A DNA stretch of 64,000 nucleotides from an uncultured Pirellulales bacterium (GTDB taxonomy: Bacteria > Planctomycetota > Phycisphaerae > Sedimentisphaerales > CAYZTY01). Position numbers and translations under genes: made by a program. Of this stretch, positions 45,568 to 55,960 are shown piece by piece. Position 1 is the stretch's first letter. Each line of letters opens with the position of its first letter. Below the pieces are notes generated by a model. It did no database searches, had not been told where the DNA came from, and saw nothing but the letters and a program-made list of their open reading frames with translations. The DNA lies in the NCBI GenBank assembly GCA_964444665.1, contig CAYUIE010000010.1, positions 13,554-77,553 on the forward strand, read 5' to 3'.

Positions 45568-47586
45568 ATGAAAATCTCTCTGGATTGGCTTAGCGATTAT
45601 GTCGAAATTGACCGTTCGGTCGAGGAAGTCGCCGAGATATTGAGCAATGTGGGTTTTCCCTGTGAGGGGATTGAACATATCGAGGGCGATACTGTGATTG
45701 ACCTCGAGGTAACGAGTAATCGCGGCGACTGCCTGAGTCATATCGGTGTTGCCCGCGAGCTGGCCGCGGCGACCGGCAAAGAACTGAAAATACCCAGCGT
45801 TGCTCTCGACGAATCCCAAAAACGCGCCACTGAGGCGGTTAGCGTCGAAATTACCGAGCCGGAGCTTTGCGGCCGATACACCGCTCGCTTCATCGAGTCG
45901 GTTAAAGTTGGCCCATCGCCGGACTGGATTGTCAGACGACTTGAAGCCGTGGGATTGCGGACCGTCAATAATGTGGTTGACGCAACCAATTACGCGATGA
46001 TGGAGACCGGCCAACCACCACACGCCTTCGACTTCGAGAAAATTGCTCAGGGCAAAATAATAGTCAGAAGGGCCCTGGCGGGCGAACGTATAACGAGTAT
46101 CGACGGCTCGAACCACGAACTCAAACCGGATATGCTGGTGATAGCCGACGCTGAAAAACCCGTCGCGCTTGCCGGCGTTATGGGCGGACTGGATACCGAG
46201 GTCTCTGAAAGCACCACAAAAATTCTTCTGGAGGATGCGTATTTCAATCCCGTCTCCGTGCGTAACACATCGCGCAGACTTGCTTTGCCCTCCGAGTCTT
46301 CTTTTAGATTCGAACGCATTGTCGATATTGAAATGATAGACTGGGCCTCGCAGAGGACCGCTCAACTGATTACGCAACTCGCCGGCGGCAAGGTTGCCGC
46401 AGGCCTGGTCGATATCTACCCGGGCAAGAACCAGCCGAAAACAGTAATTCTGAGATTATCTCGACTGCGTAAATTACTGGGAATAGAGATTCCATACGAG
46501 GAAGTAATAAGGATTCTCACCGCAATTTCCTTTCAGCCCCAGGCCAAAGATGACCAGGTGATATGCACGGTACCGACCTGGCGAAGCGATGTTTACCGAG
46601 AGGTAGATTTGATTGAAGAGGTCTCTCGTGTGTATGGCTACGATAAAATCCCGCTCGAGAAGAAAATAAATATCGAGGTGGCCACCGTTGACCACAGACA
46701 GGATATATCCACCAGGTTAGGTTCTTTCCTCAATGCCTGCGGATTTTACGAAAGCATTAACGTATCTTTCGTCGATGAGTCGGCCTCAGAACTTTTTGCA
46801 GGTCCCGGGCAGGCAGGTTATTTGAAGGTGACGGATGAATCCAGAAAGGGGGCCAATATATTACGGCAAAGCCTGATAGGCTCTTTGCTTGGCGTTTTGA
46901 AGTACAACTACAATGTCAAGAACATACCGTGCCGAGTATTCGAGCTTGCTGATACATATATCCCGCAGGGCCGGGGAACCGGCCAATTGCCAAAAGAGAC
47001 GACTATATTATCCCTGGTTTCTGACGGTGATTTTCGTGAGCTGCGGGGCGTCGCCGAAGGACTGCTGCGTTATGTCAATAAGCAGCTTTGTCCGATTTTC
47101 AAACCTGCTGAATTATCCTGGGCTCGTGCCGGCGCCGAGATAATCATTCAGGATAAGCCCATCGGTACTATCGGCGAGGTTTCACAACTCCTCATCGAGA
47201 AATTCGGCCTTAAGGACGTAACACCCTGTGCTGCTGAGCTGGATTTCACCACACTGATGGAGCTATATAAAAGAGTCGAAAAAATCAAACCTATCCCGCG
47301 ATTTCCCGCTATCGTTCGTGACCTTTCGGTTATTCTCGATGAGAAGTTCCGCTGGTCCGATGTTATTACAGCCATCCATAGAAAAACTCCACCCGAGCTC
47401 GAAGGCATCGAATTTGTCGGAATCTATCGCGGCAAACCCATCCCCACGGGCAAAAAGAGCGTTACACTTTCATTGCGTTTCAGAGATGAAGACGAAACGT
47501 TAACACACGAAACGGCTGACCGCTTAGAGGCCGACATCGTAAAAAGCATGACCGAATCCACCGGCGCGCAACTTCGAACCGTATAA
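45568..47586 (+). CDS. pheT: Phenylalanine--tRNA ligase beta subunit, short form (672 aa)
   Basis: MKISLDWLSDYV, B3/4 domain (VTSNRGDCLSHIGVAREL, NNVVDATNY), B5 domain, and FDX-ACB C-terminus (RFPAIVRDLS...KSVTLSLRFR). The N-terminal OB-fold tRNA-binding insert of long PheT proteins is absent. Confidence 0.95.
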   Translation: MKISLDWLSDYVEIDRSVEEVAEILSNVGFPCEGIEHIEGDTVIDLEVTSNRGDCLSHIGVARELAAATGKELKIPSVALDESQKRATEAVSVEITEPELCGRYTARFIESVKVGPSPDWIVRRLEAVGLRTVNNVVDATNYAMMETGQPPHAFDFEKIAQGKIIVRRALAGERITSIDGSNHELKPDMLVIADAEKPVALAGVMGGLDTEVSESTTKILLEDAYFNPVSVRNTSRRLALPSESSFRFERIVDIEMIDWASQRTAQLITQLAGGKVAAGLVDIYPGKNQPKTVILRLSRLRKLLGIEIPYEEVIRILTAISFQPQAKDDQVICTVPTWRSDVYREVDLIEEVSRVYGYDKIPLEKKINIEVATVDHRQDISTRLGSFLNACGFYESINVSFVDESASELFAGPGQAGYLKVTDESRKGANILRQSLIGSLLGVLKYNYNVKNIPCRVFELADTYIPQGRGTGQLPKETTILSLVSDGDFRELRGVAEGLLRYVNKQLCPIFKPAELSWARAGAEIIIQDKPIGTIGEVSQLLIEKFGLKDVTPCAAELDFTTLMELYKRVEKIKPIPRFPAIVRDLSVILDEKFRWSDVITAIHRKTPPELEGIEFVGIYRGKPIPTGKKSVTLSLRFRDEDETLTHETADRLEADIVKSMTESTGAQLRTV

Positions 47587-47635
47587 TTCATACTGTGTAA
47601 CAACAAATCGTTGAACTGTAACCATCGGAGCCAAG

Positions 47636-48466
47636 CTATCCTTTGACGGCTCCTCTTGTCAGGCCGCTGATTATACGCCTTTGAAAAACAAGAGTCAGGA
47701 TAACTACCGGCAGTGTCGTAATAACAGAGGCCGCCATTATATTTCCCCACGGGGTCTGGCCGTGCAGCCCCTGGAAAAGTGCTATGCCTACCGGAATTGT
47801 GCGGGCCTTATAATCGGTTGTCAGCATAAGGGCGAACATAAACTCATTAAATGCGAAAATGAAAGACAGCAGAAAAACCGACAAAACTCCCGGGGCCGCA
47901 ACAGGTATAATAACTTTGCTTAAGCTCTGCCAATACGTACAGCCGTCTATCAAAGCAGCCTTGTCTAATTCTGTCGGGATTTGTGAAAAATAACTTACAA
48001 GTATCCATAAAGACAGCGGCAGAATCCAGGCTATATATGGAAAGAGCAGGCCCTGACAGGTATTAATCCAGCCTAACTTAGTCATAAATTTGAAAAGGTA
48101 TCCGACCAACCCAATCTGTGGAAACATAGAGACCGCAAGCGCGAAAAACAGTAAATACATTTTACCCGGAAATTTCAGCCTTGTAATAGCGTAAGCGGAT
48201 AAAGAAGCGACAACCACACAGAAAAACGCACTTAACAATGAAACTACGATGCTGTTACGCAGATAATCGAGAAAGTGAAGTGACTGGTTGGTTAAAACGG
48301 CCCGAAAATTGTCCAGTGTGAAATTGAATGTTACCTGCTGCGAGAGGAAATCCGCTCGTGTAGATAAGCTTACCGCCACCATATAAATAAAAGGAAAAAG
48401 ACAGAAAGTCAGACAAAAAACCATTCCAATACACACAATAGTTTTTTTTATCTTATCTTCTCTCAT
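47636..48466 (-). CDS. Carbohydrate ABC transporter permease (MalG/UgpE-like)
   Basis: Six TM helices and the EAA loop (ELDKAALIDGCTYWQSLSKVIIPVAAPG). Confidence 0.9.
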   Translation of the reverse strand: MREDKIKKTIVCIGMVFCLTFCLFPFIYMVAVSLSTRADFLSQQVTFNFTLDNFRAVLTNQSLHFLDYLRNSIVVSLLSAFFCVVVASLSAYAITRLKFPGKMYLLFFALAVSMFPQIGLVGYLFKFMTKLGWINTCQGLLFPYIAWILPLSLWILVSYFSQIPTELDKAALIDGCTYWQSLSKVIIPVAAPGVLSVFLLSFIFAFNEFMFALMLTTDYKARTIPVGIALFQGLHGQTPWGNIMAASVITTLPVVILTLVFQRRIISGLTRGAVKG

Positions 48467-49338
48467 ATCTGTCCCGTCTCGAACCTGCCGACCTTTACAT
48501 AGATTACCGACAACGAAAAAGCGACTACGAATAAAACTACAGACACCGCTGAGCCGTAGCCGAAGTCACCGCTTAGAAAGTATTTATAGGCGTAATGTGA
48601 AATCGACGTTGTTTCTCCGCCGGGCCCGCCGCCGGTCAGAACATATATCACATCAAAGACACGCAGGCCATCTATGGTCCTGAATAAAAGTGCGACAATG
48701 ATTACAGGTTTTATCAAAGGAACAGTAACCTTGAAGAAAATCTGCAACAAGTTCGCACGGTCCACTTTTGCCTGATTGATGATTTCTTCCGGTATCGACT
48801 GCAGGCCTGCAAGCACGATAATAGCCACAAACGGCGTTGTTTTCCAAACGTCCGCGGCCACCACAGCGCCGAAGGCACCGATGCTGGTACCCAGCCAGTT
48901 TACAGGTTCGCTTGTTATACCGAGTCTGGTAAAGATGAAATTAGCTAAGCCGTAGCTGTAATTGTAAATAAGCTCCCACGTGCGAGCGGAAATAGCCGCC
49001 GGTATCGCCCAGGGAATAAGAACGCATGCACGAAGCAGTCCGCGAAGAGGAACGTCGGCATTCATTAGAAGCGCAAAAATAGTTCCTAAAACAATTTCAA
49101 GAGGGACCGATACAAGAATGAACAGCATAGTAAATTTCAATGCCTGCCTGAAACCGGGATCGCTGAAGAGCTGCTGATAATTCTTTAGAAAAATAAACTT
49201 TTTATCGAGGAAAGAAACATCCTGGAAAAGGCTGTTAATAAAAGTGCCTATAACCGGCACAAGTATAAAAAGGAAGATAAGAGTTATCAGCGGCAAGATA
49301 AAAAGGCAGGCACTTTTTATGTCTCTGTGGGTCAACAT
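48463..49338 (-). CDS. Carbohydrate ABC transporter permease (MalF/UgpA-like)
   Basis: TM-rich with an EAA-type loop (EEIINQAKVDRANLLQIFFKVTVPLIKP). The Met at 49338 avoids overlap with the upstream SBP gene; the ORF is open to 49377. Confidence 0.9.
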   Translation of the reverse strand: MLTHRDIKSACLFILPLITLIFLFILVPVIGTFINSLFQDVSFLDKKFIFLKNYQQLFSDPGFRQALKFTMLFILVSVPLEIVLGTIFALLMNADVPLRGLLRACVLIPWAIPAAISARTWELIYNYSYGLANFIFTRLGITSEPVNWLGTSIGAFGAVVAADVWKTTPFVAIIVLAGLQSIPEEIINQAKVDRANLLQIFFKVTVPLIKPVIIVALLFRTIDGLRVFDVIYVLTGGGPGGETTSISHYAYKYFLSGDFGYGSAVSVVLFVVAFSLSVIYVKVGRFETGQI

Positions 49339-49348
49339 CCCTGGTTCT

Positions 49349-51755
<2,407 letters not shown>

Positions 51756-51777
51756 CGCCGTACCTCGACTATTCTTG

Positions 51778-52989
51778 TTACTTTCCCATTATTGAGTTTA
51801 GCATATACAGATAATCGGAGAGCAAACGGGTTATTAAGAACTTTTCCCGGACACTTTGTTTGGCGTGATGCCCCATTATTTCGCTTTCTTTCGGGTTTTT
51901 CAATAAATGTATAATCCTGTCTGCGAAGCCTTCCGTATCTTTTGGTTCAAGCAGAAATCCGTTCTTACCATCCTCAATTTGTATGGGTATACCGCCCACA
52001 TTGGACGCCACAACCGGTTTTCCTTTCCATAGCGACTCTGTTACGGCAAGGCAAAATCCTTCTCTTGTGGACTTTTGAATTATGACGCTGGAGAATCTCT
52101 GGACCGCATTTACCAGGGTTTCATTATTTCCAACGACAAAAATGATATCTCCGGTTTTTGTAAGATTTTTTGCCTTTCTACTTACCTTTTCATACATTCT
52201 CATGCCTTCCGGGTCGTCACTCGCCACGTTGTAACAGAAAACCAGTCTACAATTGACTTTTTCCTTAACCAGCTTGAAAACATCTATCACTCCCTCAGGG
52301 TCCTTCCATGGGTCCAGCCTGGAGACCTGTGTGATGACCGGCTTGTCTTTCGGAATACCAACGCTTGTAATGTGCTCCAGAATGACTTTTTCGGATATTT
52401 CCCGGTTCTTCCGGCTGAGCGGATTGATAGCGGGAAGCATAAGCCTTTGGTTTATAGGCAGGTCCTGTTTGAAGTACTTCTCGCTGGAAAACACGACCTG
52501 GTCATATTTGAGTATGAAGCCTTTCAAAAAATCCCACAATTCCTTATGAGGGTCTGTCAGGTCTATATGACAGCGCCATATCCACGGCTGGCTTTTTCTG
52601 TACGACCTTATCAAGGACAATGGCTGCGGGTCGTGCACTATAACGCAATCATGGTAGAGGTGAGTAAACCTTGAGAAATTATCATTGACTTGAAGGTATA
52701 TACGTTTTTTTCTTTCGGAAAAGTTTAGCTTTGCTCCTTGTAAGCCGTTATGGAAGCTTTTTGTTACCTCAAAAAATTCCTGGCTTCCGTGAAGAATTCT
52801 CCAGCCTGTATCTATCCCCACGTCGTTCATCAGCATAACAAGTGAATAAAGAATCTCGGCAACACCTCCACCCTGATATGTAGCGTTTAGATGAACAATG
52901 TGCTTGCCATAAAGACCTCTGGCCCTGGTATAAATTTCAGCCAACATCTCATCAGGCACAATATGACGGAAATCTTCAAGTCTTAACAT
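51778..52989 (-). CDS. treT: Trehalose synthase, TreT type (NDP-glucose + glucose; GT4)
   Basis: Long collinear similarity, from memory, to archaeal/Thermotogae TreT: VHLNATYQGGGVAEIL, FFEVTKSFHNGLQG, VHDPQP, WIWRCHIDL, ITQVSRLDPWK, STREGFCLAVTESLWKGKPV. Confidence 0.8.
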   Translation of the reverse strand: MLRLEDFRHIVPDEMLAEIYTRARGLYGKHIVHLNATYQGGGVAEILYSLVMLMNDVGIDTGWRILHGSQEFFEVTKSFHNGLQGAKLNFSERKKRIYLQVNDNFSRFTHLYHDCVIVHDPQPLSLIRSYRKSQPWIWRCHIDLTDPHKELWDFLKGFILKYDQVVFSSEKYFKQDLPINQRLMLPAINPLSRKNREISEKVILEHITSVGIPKDKPVITQVSRLDPWKDPEGVIDVFKLVKEKVNCRLVFCYNVASDDPEGMRMYEKVSRKAKNLTKTGDIIFVVGNNETLVNAVQRFSSVIIQKSTREGFCLAVTESLWKGKPVVASNVGGIPIQIEDGKNGFLLEPKDTEGFADRIIHLLKNPKESEIMGHHAKQSVREKFLITRLLSDYLYMLNSIMGK

Positions 52990-55213
52990 GCTGCCTCCTT
53001 AGTAATTCCTGTTTTTTGATTAATTCCTCGAGTAACGATTTAAGTTCATATACGGAATCCAGATTGAACCTGGCTTTTGAGATGCCACGTCCTATTTTGA
53101 TTGAATATGCGTTTTTAGGGAGAATTGAAAACATATCTTCGTCGGTGTAGTCATCTCCCGCTGCTAAAATAAAATCCCATTTGCCTTTTGACAGCCACCG
53201 TTCTACGGCATGGCCCTTACTTATACCGATATTCTTGACCTCGAGTATTTTACTGCCTTCGAATACTCCGATGTCTAAATTTTCAGTAAGGTTCAAAACG
53301 GCGTCTCTGAGCTCCTGTACTCTGAGAGAAGCTAACCCGGGATCGGCTCTGCGGTAATGCCAAACCAGAGAGAAGTCTTTTTCTTCAACAGAAGAGCCGG
53401 GAGTCCTGTCGGCATATAACTCAAGAATAGGTTTTATTGTGTCCTTCCAGTCGTTAAGTAACGGTGCTATCACCTCCCAGTCCTTGTTTTTCTCTTTGAC
53501 CCAGGCTCCGTGTTCAGCGATAAGTGAAGCACCTGTATTGCCGAGCCAATGGTTTAAAGTTTCCCTGTCTCTGCCGCTGATTATTACTATTTCATTTTTT
53601 TGCTCTGCCGTAAGTTTCTTTAACAGGCATTGAAGTTTTTTATCGGGTCCAGCCTTTTCCGGCCTTCCGGCAAAACCTACAAGTGTTCCATCATAATCAA
53701 GGAGGAATAACCGTCTTAAGCTTTTTTTATGTTCGTCAATCAGTTTTTCTCTGATAGGTGGAGCAAGCCCGTGAGCGGAAAGCCTGGCTTGAGTCTTTTT
53801 TATATTGGACAGAGCTTCTAAAAAGTCATTAGCCCACCTTGTGACGGTGTAACTTGAAAGCCGGCCTTGCATTAGTTTATTGCGTTCAATTTGCTCTTCT
53901 ACAGGCATTTCGAGCGATTCTTTTATCGCATCTATTATTTCTTGTTTGTTATTGGCATTAACGATAATAGCTTCTCCCAGTTCACTTGCGGCTCCCGCCA
54001 TTTCGCTGAGAATCAAAACGCCTTTATTGTCTTTTTTTGTTGCGATAAACTCCTTCGCTATTAAATTCATCCCATCCCGCAGAGGCGTCACCAGGGCTAC
54101 ATCTGCCGCATTGTAAAGTGCGGCGATTCTCTCAAACGGCAAAAAACGATACAGGTACCACACGGGTACCCAGCCAAGAGTTCCATGTTCACCATTTATC
54201 CTGCCCACCAGCGCCTCAAGCTGTCTTCTCAATTCTGTATAGTCCTCAACACCGATTCGTGAAGGCACCGCGACAAGTATGAGAGTAACTTTTTCCTTGT
54301 ACTTGGGATTTTGCGTCAAAAACAAATCAAATGCTTCGAGCCTTTGAATAATGCCCTTGGTATAGTCTAATCGGTCTATGGATACGATTATTTTTCGGTC
54401 TCCCACTTCTTTTCGAATTGTAGAAAATCTTTTCTTAACATTGGGGTTTTTTATGGCGGTTGAGTATTTGTCATAATCAATACCCATAGGGAATGCATCC
54501 ACTTTCACGACCCTTTCGTCTATTGCCAGTGTGCCCATAGAGTGTTCAGTTCCTATTATCCGTGCCGTGCTGCTGAGAAAGTGCCTTACATAATCATACG
54601 TGTGAAAACCTATCAGGTCCGCACTAAGCAGACCTTTGAGAATTTCTTTACGCCAGGGTAAAAGACGAAACAGCTCGAAAGAAGGAAATGGAATATGAAG
54701 AAAGAATCCGATTTGTGTGCCGCGCAGCTTTTCTCTCAGCAACTGGGGCAGCAGCATTAGTTGGTAGTCATGAATCCAGATACGGTCATCCGGCTTGGCG
54801 ATTTTGATAATTGTGTCACAGAAGGCTTTATTGACGTTTTTGTAGGCCTGCCAATGCCGGTCTTCATATACCGTATACAAAGGGAAATAATGAAAGAGAG
54901 GCCAAAGCGTCTTATTACAAAAGCCATAATAAAAATTTCGAATGTTTTTTGTGGAGAGAAAAACAGAATGGCAGCGATATTCTTTCAGTTTGCTGACAAT
55001 CTGTTTTTTTTGCGGTTCCGAAATCTTGTCTGTGGCTATGCCAGGCCAGCCTATCCATCGACTTTGATGAGACTCACAGAGTGATTTAAGCCCCGTAGCC
55101 AGACCGCCCACACTTTGTTGAAAACGCAAATCGCTGGCACGTTTTGTAACACTAACAGGCAATCTGTTCGAAACTATTATCAGTCTATGCATAGTCTGTT
55201 TGTTTTTTAGCAT
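52976..55213 (-). CDS. otsAB: Bifunctional trehalose-6-phosphate synthase (GT20) / trehalose-6-phosphate phosphatase fusion
   Basis: N-terminal OtsA motifs (LIIVSNRLPV, GGLATGL, WIGWPG, IWIHDYQLMLLP, GFFLHIPFP). The C-terminal HAD phosphatase has LFLLDYDGTL and ILAAGDDYTDEDMF. Confidence 0.9.
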   Translation of the reverse strand: MLKNKQTMHRLIIVSNRLPVSVTKRASDLRFQQSVGGLATGLKSLCESHQSRWIGWPGIATDKISEPQKKQIVSKLKEYRCHSVFLSTKNIRNFYYGFCNKTLWPLFHYFPLYTVYEDRHWQAYKNVNKAFCDTIIKIAKPDDRIWIHDYQLMLLPQLLREKLRGTQIGFFLHIPFPSFELFRLLPWRKEILKGLLSADLIGFHTYDYVRHFLSSTARIIGTEHSMGTLAIDERVVKVDAFPMGIDYDKYSTAIKNPNVKKRFSTIRKEVGDRKIIVSIDRLDYTKGIIQRLEAFDLFLTQNPKYKEKVTLILVAVPSRIGVEDYTELRRQLEALVGRINGEHGTLGWVPVWYLYRFLPFERIAALYNAADVALVTPLRDGMNLIAKEFIATKKDNKGVLILSEMAGAASELGEAIIVNANNKQEIIDAIKESLEMPVEEQIERNKLMQGRLSSYTVTRWANDFLEALSNIKKTQARLSAHGLAPPIREKLIDEHKKSLRRLFLLDYDGTLVGFAGRPEKAGPDKKLQCLLKKLTAEQKNEIVIISGRDRETLNHWLGNTGASLIAEHGAWVKEKNKDWEVIAPLLNDWKDTIKPILELYADRTPGSSVEEKDFSLVWHYRRADPGLASLRVQELRDAVLNLTENLDIGVFEGSKILEVKNIGISKGHAVERWLSKGKWDFILAAGDDYTDEDMFSILPKNAYSIKIGRGISKARFNLDSVYELKSLLEELIKKQELLRRQHVKT

Positions 55214-55489
55214 CCTGCCGAAGTGCCCCGAGACCCTAAAGATTTTCCCGAACTAAGCTATTCCAAGCAAATATTTACAAATTTTGAGCAGATTGCATAA
55301 AAGTAACCTAATCCAGTATACCGTATCTGCCGCTATTGGCAAGCCATATCATCAACTCTTGTTCACGACCAATCCTGATAAAGACAGAGATTTTTGCCTT
55401 TAGAAAAAAAGACGTTTTTGCCGAAATTATCTATATATGACTGCTGTGAATGGGCTTACAAGCAGAGCATCGTTTGTCTGATATTTTGC

Positions 55490-55518
55490 TTGATTTATCT
55501 CGCTCTATTTGGTATAAG
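55490..55518 (+). promoter_or_regulatory. Candidate sigma-70-type promoter for the structured RNA
   Basis: TTGATT (55490-55495), a 17-nt spacer, then TATAAG (55513-55518). The predicted start lies at about 55525. Confidence 0.3.
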
Positions 55519-55525
55519 AAGAATT

Positions 55526-55726
55526 GCGGGCTGACCCCTGCGGTGTACGTAAGGAAAGTAACCGTAAAAAAGAACCGATAACCCAAACTCAGGGAAATCA
55601 GACCTTGGTTGTGCCAAAAACGCCTATTCCAAATTTAGGACTTTTGGACCCAAGCAACGATTACCCACCTGGAAGTACTGGGTTCTTTTGAGGGCTTTCC
55701 TACGGCACCAGCGGAGGCCGCCTTGC
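55526..55726 (+). ncRNA. Candidate ~200-nt structured sRNA with 6S-RNA-like architecture
   Basis: No ORF of 60 aa or more on either strand. The 5' and 3' ends form a long imperfect helix. Perfect segments include 55552-55558 with 55695-55701 and 55568-55576 with 55681-55689. An apical hairpin forms from 55604-55608/55650-55654, 55614-55619/55642-55647 and 55623-55626/55636-55639. Largely unpaired central segments separate these helices. The region is flanked by a promoter-like element and a terminator. Confidence 0.35.
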
Positions 55727-55730
55727 ATTT

Positions 55731-55761
55731 AAAAAAGGCCTGTTTTCCAGGCCTTTTTTTT
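55731..55761 (+). terminator. Rho-independent terminator (A-tract/hairpin/T-tract, potentially bidirectional)
   Basis: AAAAAA GGCCTG TTTTC CAGGCC TTTTTTTT. Confidence 0.7.
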
Positions 55762-55960
55762 ATTCATTTCACATTGAAGTCCCATAAAAGATTTGGCCGA
55801 ACTCGGTTAGTCGGTTTTTGGAAGTTGCTCCTTACACACTCTGATTAGCTTTCCAGTCAAGCGGTTCTGCTGATTTGTCGATTAAATCATATAAAGACTG
55901 ATAGCCTCCTTGTTTTAGGTATTGCGGATTCAGGATACCACGGTATAGAGGACATAAAAT

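Noticed and set aside
45553-46377. 274-aa minus-strand ORF
   Set aside because: It is fully antisense to pheT, whose frame has clear B3/4 and B5 motifs. It is a shadow ORF.
55552-55560. AGGAAAGT, which resembles the RNase P RNA CR-I motif
   Set aside because: The structured region is only about 200 nt and lacks the other universally conserved RNase P regions. The 6S-like rod shape fits better.
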